This document shows positions 57,926 through 64,000 of a DNA stretch of 64,000 bases, piece after piece. Position numbers and translations under genes: made by a program. Origin of the DNA: a virus. Where the stretch lies: IMG/VR virus record IMGVR_UViG_3300045988_131044, positions 19,100 through 83,099 of that record, one strand, 5' to 3'. Position 1 is the stretch's first letter, and every line of letters begins with the position of its first letter. Under the pieces are notes generated by a model. It worked only from the letters and a program-made list of their open reading frames with translations, did no database searches and was not told the DNA's origin.

Positions 57926-58376
57926 GCAAGTATTTAAAAACGACCCTCATTATAGTTGCGAAGTTCTCTACCTTAACCCACTCATGAGCTACTGCTCTAA
58001 GTACAGACGTTTCATATGTTGGGACATTGTCTTCTTCAACCACCTTACAAGAAGCCAGAACTCCTTCAGTCGGCTTTAGTCCACGGTCATGCAGCTCGCA
58101 GAGACCGTCTGGCCGGCGGAACACGCACCACCCGTCTTTCTCTGTTGGTTGGATCATCGCTATTGGTTTTTCTTTCACTGCAAGATACCCCACCATCCAC
58201 ATTGTCTCTTTTAGCCTGTCAGCATATCCTGCATCTATGATAGCTTCTATGTCCTTTGGTGTACCAATACAAGGAACCTCACACATGTTCTTGCATTTAT
58301 CACATGTACAAGGCTGCTCCCATCTATTATGATCTATGCCAACCAACTTCTTTATCCGTTCTACTTCCTCTTTCAT
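57903..58376 (-). CDS. Cys-rich protein (CTCDKCKNMCEVPC)
   Basis: ATG ORF. Confidence 0.45.
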   Translation of the reverse strand: MKEEVERIKKLVGIDHNRWEQPCTCDKCKNMCEVPCIGTPKDIEAIIDAGYADRLKETMWMVGYLAVKEKPIAMIQPTEKDGWCVFRRPDGLCELHDRGLKPTEGVLASCKVVEEDNVPTYETSVLRAVAHEWVKVENFATIMRVVFKYLHENERRK

Positions 58377-58377
58377 A

Positions 58378-58662
58378 TTATACTGTCTCTGTTAGTTTTT
58401 CGTAATACAACTTCATTTCCGGTGAAGCGTATTCCATGAATGCTTCGAATAAGTGTGGTACCTCTATTATCATATTCACATTACAACCTTCTGTCTGTGA
58501 AAGCGATTCAAGATCATTACTGTACAGGCACGTAACATAGGCACCTATATTAAATACATGCAAATCTATCCTTACGTATTCCATACATAAAGATAATGAC
58601 TTAAACAAATCCTTTACATCATTCTTATCAAAGAGTTCTACAAATTCTCTCAACCCCATCAT
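58378..58662 (-). CDS. hypothetical small protein
   Basis: ATG ORF. Confidence 0.4.
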   Translation of the reverse strand: MMGLREFVELFDKNDVKDLFKSLSLCMEYVRIDLHVFNIGAYVTCLYSNDLESLSQTEGCNVNMIIEVPHLFEAFMEYASPEMKLYYEKLTETV

Positions 58663-59042
58663 TTTACCACCCTTTCTATGTGTTTAATTAATACTACTGC
58701 TATTCCCTTACCGGTTTTTATCGCACATTCCGATCCTTTTATCCATTCTACACACCCTACATACTTTTCCGTAGCATGAAATCCGGGATTGTATTTTCCA
58801 GATGTACTGAACTCTACCGTATCCCCTACCCTCAGATCATCAAAAGCAATAGACCATGTGGTCCAAATTCTGTCATGTCTCCCAGGCTGAATGGCCCCGA
58901 TTACGCCTTTTTTACGACCGTTTTTTATTGCCCTTAGTATTATCTTCCTATCACCTTCGATAAGGCTGCAAAAACGCCCGTAAAAGGTCAAATCAACCTG
59001 TTTTCCTCCTATTTCTTCTCTTATTTTTGTTATTCTGTTCAT
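58659..59042 (-). CDS. hypothetical protein (127 aa)
   Basis: overlapping stop/start. Confidence 0.45.
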   Translation of the reverse strand: MNRITKIREEIGGKQVDLTFYGRFCSLIEGDRKIILRAIKNGRKKGVIGAIQPGRHDRIWTTWSIAFDDLRVGDTVEFSTSGKYNPGFHATEKYVGCVEWIKGSECAIKTGKGIAVVLIKHIERVVK

Positions 59043-59286
59043 TTTCTGATTTTGTTTTATTTTTTTCTTTGTTTTTTCTATCTTCTATAGAAGATGATAA
59101 TAACATTATCTTTTCTATGTTACTTTTTGACTGTAAAAAAGAATCGCATTTCATTACTACTACCACCTTCTTAAGTTCCCCATTATCGTATAGCGATACA
59201 CGCATCATGTTTTGCGCCTCGTCCACTATCAGACCTGGAGTAGTCTTAGCCATTTTGCGTAGCTTATTATACTCCGGTCTTTCCAT
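58993..59286 (-). CDS. hypothetical small protein; C-terminal low-complexity tail may be non-coding read-through
   Basis: ORF overlaps neighbour by 50 nt. Confidence 0.3.
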   Translation of the reverse strand: MERPEYNKLRKMAKTTPGLIVDEAQNMMRVSLYDNGELKKVVVVMKCDSFLQSKSNIEKIMLLSSSIEDRKNKEKNKTKSENEQNNKNKRRNRRKTG

Positions 59287-59551
59287 TTCCTCTGTTTATT
59301 ACTCTATAGTATTTATCTTTATCTCCCTCTTCCAACTTCTCCAGATAGAAAATTCCATCATGCAAATGAGACAAACAAAACCTGTATCCGTATTTCTGCG
59401 TTCTTCTTACATGATCCCGCAGTCTTATTTCTTCACTTTTGTCTTGTACTTTGATCTTAATACTGTCTCCTTCTTTGATTGTGTATAAAATAGTTTGAAT
59501 CTCTTCTTTTTTCATCTTATAAAATATTTTAACGGCAGCACCTATACTCAC
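59267..59551 (-). CDS. hypothetical small protein
   Basis: ATG ORF. Confidence 0.4.
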   Translation of the reverse strand: MSIGAAVKIFYKMKKEEIQTILYTIKEGDSIKIKVQDKSEEIRLRDHVRRTQKYGYRFCLSHLHDGIFYLEKLEEGDKDKYYRVINRGNGKTGV

Positions 59552-59578
59552 GCACCACTACTGCCTTATGTTTAACAA

Positions 59579-60388
59579 TTAAATACTTAACTCTTCAATG
59601 GTCAAGCCTTTTTCTTTTGCCCATTTTAACATTGCGCATAATTCTGTTTCTGACTTATATTTCGGATCACGCCACGCCCATCCGAATTTATCCAGGACAT
59701 GATGATATAATTCGTCGGCTTCTGCCGTATGCACGTCATTGAATAAATACTCCGAACCTTCCGGTATAAGCGTTTCTGTTGTTGCGAAATTATGATATTG
59801 TATATAATGGAAGGCTTTCGATACTACATCATACCACGCATCTTCAGCTACGAACCCAAATTCTTTTACAAAAGCCAAAGTTAGATACATATTTAATAGC
59901 GCTGCCGAATCATATCCTGAATTTGGATTCTTTTCTATTATCTCTTTCTCAAACTCCTTTAGATCTTCAGGCCCGAAAAATATGTAACCCTGAACTGATT
60001 TATAATTTACCTCAGCATATTTTTTACACCTATCATCATTGATTATCTTACCAATGTTGGATAACATCATCTGTCGCCATCCATCACGGAACTCCACCTC
60101 TACCTCCATCCAATCAGTACCATAGTTATACTCTTTTGGGTGTCCGACTGATGTCACCTTTATATCTTTTACACCATATTCATAAAGACGTTCTTTAACC
60201 TTGTCTGCCCATTCTCGCACATAGGGTATGAACGCATTACAATAAGAATCAAAATCAAAATCCGACTCCTCTTCATATTCCGGCATCTCACTATACTCAA
60301 GCGAAAAGAAATGACGCGGGTCTGCTATTGTTTCATAAAAACTTACGTTAATGAAACAAAATTCGTTGGTTGTTGTTTTTAATATCAT
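59579..60388 (-). CDS. hypothetical protein (269 aa)
   Basis: ATG ORF. Confidence 0.5.
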   Translation of the reverse strand: MILKTTTNEFCFINVSFYETIADPRHFFSLEYSEMPEYEEESDFDFDSYCNAFIPYVREWADKVKERLYEYGVKDIKVTSVGHPKEYNYGTDWMEVEVEFRDGWRQMMLSNIGKIINDDRCKKYAEVNYKSVQGYIFFGPEDLKEFEKEIIEKNPNSGYDSAALLNMYLTLAFVKEFGFVAEDAWYDVVSKAFHYIQYHNFATTETLIPEGSEYLFNDVHTAEADELYHHVLDKFGWAWRDPKYKSETELCAMLKWAKEKGLTIEELSI

Positions 60389-60639
60389 AACTTTTTGTAT
60401 TTACGTACATTTTTCTTGCCATAGAATCTACACATGGCACGAATCTGACTATAAAATACTTTTGTCCTCCTGGCCTCAAAGTATTTAAACATTTCTTCAT
60501 TCTTTGTTTCCCACACGTAATCCGTTTGAGAACTCATATGATTTTTATCCTTGCGTGAATAATGGTAATATGATACCACAACACGTTTCGCACCATTCTT
60601 TACAGGTACGATATTCACATCTATGTTATTATCTGTCAT
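60385..60639 (-). CDS. hypothetical small protein
   Basis: overlapping stop/start. Confidence 0.4.
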   Translation of the reverse strand: MTDNNIDVNIVPVKNGAKRVVVSYYHYSRKDKNHMSSQTDYVWETKNEEMFKYFEARRTKVFYSQIRAMCRFYGKKNVRKYKKL

Positions 60640-60754
60640 ATTATTATTGTTTCATTATACAAATACAAAGAGCGCATACCTTCACAGGCCGGCGCTCCTT
60701 TCAATAAAAATGAAAAAACTAACATTACATAAACATATTGTTTTCTGCTCTTTA

Positions 60755-60988
60755 TTACAATACTTTTGTTCCGCAATTATTATATCTTCCGTACTCTTTT
60801 TTCGTATCATTCAAGATTTCAAACACCATCTTCTTGTGATCTTTGTTTGGTAACTTGTCTTTAACGGCCGATATCACGCCCGCTATAGACGTAAAACCTG
60901 AATCTGTTATTGAACACAGCAATAATCCCCTTTCGTCGCCGGTGCTTATCGCTGACGCCTTTATAATATCATTCTTATATATTCTCAT
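60755..60988 (-). CDS. hypothetical small protein
   Basis: ATG ORF just 3' of tRNA-like element A. Confidence 0.4.
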   Translation of the reverse strand: MRIYKNDIIKASAISTGDERGLLLCSITDSGFTSIAGVISAVKDKLPNKDHKKMVFEILNDTKKEYGRYNNCGTKVL

Positions 60989-61009
60989 AACTCTTTTATT
61001 TTATTATTT

Positions 61010-61090
61010 GTGAGATGCCCAGAATCGAACCAGGACCGACACATACATACCGGCACGCCGCGTCATCCCCTCTATGATACAGAAATAGGC
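61010..61090 (-). ncRNA. tRNA-like element A (canonical T-arm GGTTCGATTC; full cloverleaf not confirmed by hand)
   Basis: RC of gaatcgaacc at 61022..61031; stem pairs as G-U on minus RNA but C-A mismatch on plus strand; ends atctcaca like element B. Confidence 0.3.
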
Positions 61091-61163
61091 ATGACTATCC
61101 TCACAAACTGACATGCCAAAACCCAAAACTTAATTTGATGAATAAAATAGATTAACAAAAATA

Positions 61164-61478
61164 CTATTCTAATTCTTTTATAATATCTTTCACAATATTC
61201 AGCCTTACCTCCTTCGTTTCTGGACTAAGACAACCAAACCATCCATAAAACGTTCTTGTTTCCTCTGGTTCTGTGGCCATACTTATCTTCTCTTCCAATT
61301 CCGGGAAATATATTCTCACCATTTCGTCTGAACGAAACTCATAGATATTTTTATGTGTTTTGAAATACATAAACACTACATTTCTTAACGCAACACATAT
61401 GTATTCCCCATCCTCTAACCTATCAATCATCTCATATACCTTTTCCCATATGAATAATCGCTCTTCTTTTGTAAACAT
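61164..61478 (-). CDS. hypothetical protein (104 aa)
   Basis: ATG ORF. Confidence 0.45.
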   Translation of the reverse strand: MFTKEERLFIWEKVYEMIDRLEDGEYICVALRNVVFMYFKTHKNIYEFRSDEMVRIYFPELEEKISMATEPEETRTFYGWFGCLSPETKEVRLNIVKDIIKELE

Positions 61479-61492
61479 ATCCTTCTTTATTT

Positions 61493-61834
61493 TTATGGTA
61501 TTATTTGACTGTATGCAGACTTTTCCATGTACACAATATTATGCCCCTGTCCAAATATCTTCTTTGCCACCTCTTTCTTTATCGCACAATATCTCCCTGT
61601 ACGATACGGATTCTTTTGATCTGATCCATCCTCGACTTCGATAATAAAACAGCCTCCGTCATCTATTATCTTTTTGCAATTGTCACATACTCCGCCCGTG
61701 CATATATGATGCGGTGCCTGCCCTTTGATATTATTCCCTAATAAAGCAATGCCCATCTCTTCGCCACATATCATGCAGACTTCTATAGACGGATTCAATC
61801 CGTGTTCTGGATGTAATGTAATACCATCTTTCAT
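61493..61834 (-). CDS. Cys-rich zinc-binding-type small protein
   Basis: GGAGG SD 8 nt before ATG 61834; longer ORF to 61909 runs into tRNA-like element B. Confidence 0.5.
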   Translation of the reverse strand: MKDGITLHPEHGLNPSIEVCMICGEEMGIALLGNNIKGQAPHHICTGGVCDNCKKIIDDGGCFIIEVEDGSDQKNPYRTGRYCAIKKEVAKKIFGQGHNIVYMEKSAYSQIIP

Positions 61835-61862
61835 TTTCTTTCCTCCTTTGTTTTTAATGTTG

Positions 61863-61940
61863 TGTGAGATCGCCGGAATCGAACCGACCTGCTGCACCAT
61901 GAATCCCATAAAGCAAATGCTCCGATCTTCGCAGACGGGA
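61863..61940 (-). ncRNA. tRNA-like element B (T-arm GGTCGG-TTCGATT-CCGGC followed by GATCTCA-C)
   Basis: T-stem pairs with a G-U only on minus strand; acceptor-like 3' strand; 5' half does not give a clean cloverleaf by hand. Confidence 0.3.
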
Positions 61941-61987
61941 GCACTCTGTCTAAAGCATAAGAAAATTAATGAAGAAAATCTTCCTCA

Positions 61988-62068
61988 CTTACGCCATAGC
62001 ATCTAAAATAGCTATCAACACTATTTCTATGACAAGCATAATAGAGAATGTCTTAAATATCTTTTTCA
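61988..62068 (-). CDS. 26-aa hydrophobic peptide MKKIFKTFSIMLVIEIVLIAILDAMA
   Basis: GGAGGAG SD 4 nt before ATG; below ORF-track size cutoff. Confidence 0.3.
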
Positions 62069-62178
62069 TATCTCCTCCTTTTTTTTATCTGTTCTTTTCA
62101 CGTTCCACAATAAACTGTTCCGGCTCTGCTCCGACCTACGCCCTACCTACAACCGCAGGCCTTAGCCCAAGGCGCCGC

Positions 62179-62439
62179 CTACTCCCCCTCTATGGCAGCC
62201 TGTTCGTACCTACAAATCCAATCTCCATCTACACAACTATCACTACGCGATAACAAACATTTATCCTCATAACAATCATAAAAAATACACCTATCACAAC
62301 TGTAATCCTTAACGTCTACACAACTAACTACCTTAGCATATACTATACCATCACTGCCTTTTATTCCTTTCACCCCAAAAATAGAACCTTCTCCCTCCTT
62401 ACTCAAATCTAAGTCAGGCGCAAAATCATATACGTTCAT
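62179..62439 (-). CDS. small Cys-rich protein (86 aa)
   Basis: ATG ORF; last gene before non-coding hub. Confidence 0.4.
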   Translation of the reverse strand: MNVYDFAPDLDLSKEGEGSIFGVKGIKGSDGIVYAKVVSCVDVKDYSCDRCIFYDCYEDKCLLSRSDSCVDGDWICRYEQAAIEGE

Positions 62440-62523
62440 GTTGTTTATGTTTTAATTGTTATACATTCCGCTTGAAAAAAAAATACTCACATAATGCAGT
62501 CTTTAACCCTTACCTACAGAATA

Positions 62524-62779
62524 CTGTTTTAAAAACGCTGTAAGTCTTAATTTTGTTGGAAAATCCTACATTGTGCTGTTTTAAAGCACTGCAATCCTTA
62601 ATTTTGTTGGAAAATCCTACATTGTGCTGTTTTAAAGCACTGCAATCCTTAATTTTGTTGGAAGAGACTACAAAATGCTGTTTTAAAGCTCTGCAATCCT
62701 TAATTTTGTTGGAAGAGACTACAAAATGCTGTTTTAAAGCTCTGATCTATTGAATTTTGTTGGAAGAGAGTGCCCTCCC
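62524..62779 (+). repeat. 5 tandem copies of a 51-bp direct repeat (two subtypes), each containing TAATTTTG; last copy degenerate
   Basis: units 62524, 62576, 62627, 62678, 62729; conserved ctgttttaaagc[at]ctgcaatccttaattttgttgga + variable 15 nt. Confidence 0.8.
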
Positions 62780-62960
62780 CCTCCCTCTCTCCAACTCCCG
62801 CTAATCCCCCGGCTTTCCGCATAGAACCCACGCCCTACCGCCTCACTACCGGCATACGGAGAGCGCTACAAGCTTATACTCTGGCATGAGGTGTGGGGTG
62901 TTTAGGGATAATATCATTCCATAGAGAGAATAGAGACCTTCAGCCCACGCCCTACCGTCT
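62767..62960 (+). other. GC-rich island in AT-rich genome: 40-nt polypyrimidine tract (G-runs on minus strand) and two copies of CCCACGCCCTACCG
   Basis: strong composition shift; motif at 62829 and 62944, related copy at 62127. Confidence 0.5.
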
Positions 62961-63489
62961 GCTCCTCCTATCAAAATAGATATTTAAACCTATAATCAAA
63001 GCCAATAAAGAAAAGCAAAAGACCATTACAATATTATACTGATCCGGTCCGTACTCCAACATAGAACGAATACCAACCGACAGAAAATACAAGTCAGCTA
63101 CTAATAAAAACCACCATATAAAATAAAAAAATACAATAAGTATGTCCGAAAATACGGGTATTATAAAACCTAACTAATTAATAATCAAGCATACCTCATT
63201 TTTGAGAAAAATACAATAAGCTTAATTTTCAATCCATAGAGACGAAAAAGGCGGCATCCGACACCCTATTTTGGGTCAGAAAACCGCCTAAAGTTTCGTT
63301 TTAAACCAATTTTAACGACATGATATAGACAAAATACCGGCATTATATCCAAACTATCATATTTTAGTTTCGTTTTAGACCAATATAGCTCACATCCGCC
63401 GTTCACTCTCAGAATATCCTACCCGTAAATAGAAAGAGTAGGATACAAAAATAGGGCTGCTCCGATATTCGGAACAACCCTACTCCTGT

Positions 63490-63696
63490 TTAAATACTGT
63501 TTATGTTTTCCTTCACGTATGTTCGTGATGTATGAACTTTACGCTTGCATTTGTCCTTTCCTGTATCGGCATGATACGCTTCTTTGAGATCACGATACAA
63601 CATAAATTCACGATACGCTCTTTTCCGCTTTTCTTTAGCTTCTTTCCTGGACAGACCGCGAACGTCTACCATGTGAGATTTAAATTTCCTTTCCAT
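63490..63696 (-). CDS. hypothetical basic small protein
   Basis: ATG ORF. Confidence 0.4.
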   Translation of the reverse strand: MERKFKSHMVDVRGLSRKEAKEKRKRAYREFMLYRDLKEAYHADTGKDKCKRKVHTSRTYVKENINSI

Positions 63697-63718
63697 TTTC
63701 TTTATGCTTTAATTATGA

Positions 63719-63889
63719 TTAACCCCAGCGGTTAAGTGCTTCAATATAGAAACCTTCCGCCTCTTTGTACTCACTTTCGCTTAGTGCTTCAACCGTCTCG
63801 ATATAGTTACGCAATGTTATTTTTACGCAACTGTTTTTAGATTTATTAAACGCTTCAGTTAAAGCGTTGATCATTGCTTTCTTTCCCAT
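63719..63889 (-). CDS. hypothetical small protein (56 aa, below ORF-track cutoff)
   Basis: ATG ORF between element C and 63490..63696. Confidence 0.3.
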   Translation of the reverse strand: MGKKAMINALTEAFNKSKNSCVKITLRNYIETVEALSESEYKEAEGFYIEALNRWG

Positions 63890-63912
63890 GTTATTATATT
63901 GTTTATAATTTA

Positions 63913-63978
63913 GAGGTTGCTCCGGAATCGAACCGGACGCGCATTCTTATCCTATAGAGATTTTATGCTACAACCAAC
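63913..63978 (-). ncRNA. tRNA-like element C (T-arm TCCGG-TTCGATT-CCGGA, 6-bp acceptor-like helix GGTTGT/GCAACC); only ~62 nt between acceptor strands
   Basis: perfect T-arm on minus strand; possibly a minihelix rather than a full tRNA; near window edge. Confidence 0.3.
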
Positions 63979-64000
63979 AGCCCGTAATTAATACGTAGTT

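Noticed and set aside
61969-62253. Plus-strand 94-aa ORF MKKIFLTYAIAS...
   Set aside because: Low-complexity translation across GC-rich non-coding DNA; the minus-strand 26-aa peptide with a strong SD explains the ATG-rich segment better.
62553-62753. 66-aa ORF on plus strand with repeated peptide LENPTLCCFKALQSLIL
   Set aside because: Artefact of translating the 51-bp tandem repeats (51 = 17 codons).
62524-62779. CRISPR array
   Set aside because: Repeat unit is 51 bp with a ~36-nt conserved and ~15-nt variable part; the variable segments are identical in pairs and the units are in perfect phase with no unique spacers. No cas genes nearby. It behaves as an iteron or promoter tandem repeat.
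1-64000. Genome-wide stop-codon reassignment (TGA or TAG recoding as in some Bacteroidota phages)
   Set aside because: Long ORFs (2140, 752, 566, 473 aa) contain no in-frame TGA/TAG/TAA, so standard code fits; only the local 6667 TGA case is flagged as a finding.

Overview
AT-rich, gene-dense window that reads as part of a tailed dsDNA phage or prophage genome. The host is probably Bacteroidota: there is a DUF4494-like protein and TAnnTTTG -7 promoter motifs. Some genes also carry strong Shine-Dalgarno sites. All calls below are from sequence and motif inspection only; no searches or folding programs were run.

Layout:
- 1-20.5 kb, plus strand: late/structural-looking module. It has a 752-aa protein, a Gly/Gln/Cys-rich protein, a 2140-aa giant protein and DUF1566 fibre-like proteins. 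Embedded in it are IS200/605-family RNA-guided nuclease genes: a 5'-truncated zinc-finger-less TnpB-like gene at the window start, an IscB with an upstream structured omegaRNA-like region, and a canonical TnpB.
- 20465-20509: strong convergent terminator at the strand switch.
- 20.7-62.4 kb, minus strand: early/replication-type array. It includes a second zinc-finger-less TnpB-like paralog, an SF2 helicase, a DnaB-like ATPase, two Cas4-like PD-(D/E)XK nucleases, a primase-like Zn protein, a phage-type Dam methyltransferase, a CCA-adding/poly(A)-polymerase-head nucleotidyltransferase, an ABC-type ATPase, an ACP-NfeD-flotillin operon, and many small unknowns.

Most unusual observations:
- an orphan, inverted second copy of the IscB-associated structured RNA, with compensatory base changes and no nuclease gene attached
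- two zinc-finger-less TnpB-like genes with an intact RuvC triad
- three tRNA-like T-arm elements on the minus strand
- a ~1.3-kb gene-poor hub (62.1-63.5 kb) with 5 x 51-bp tandem repeats each carrying TAATTTTG, a polypyrimidine (G-rich on the minus strand) tract, and a thrice-repeated CCACGCCCTACC motif.
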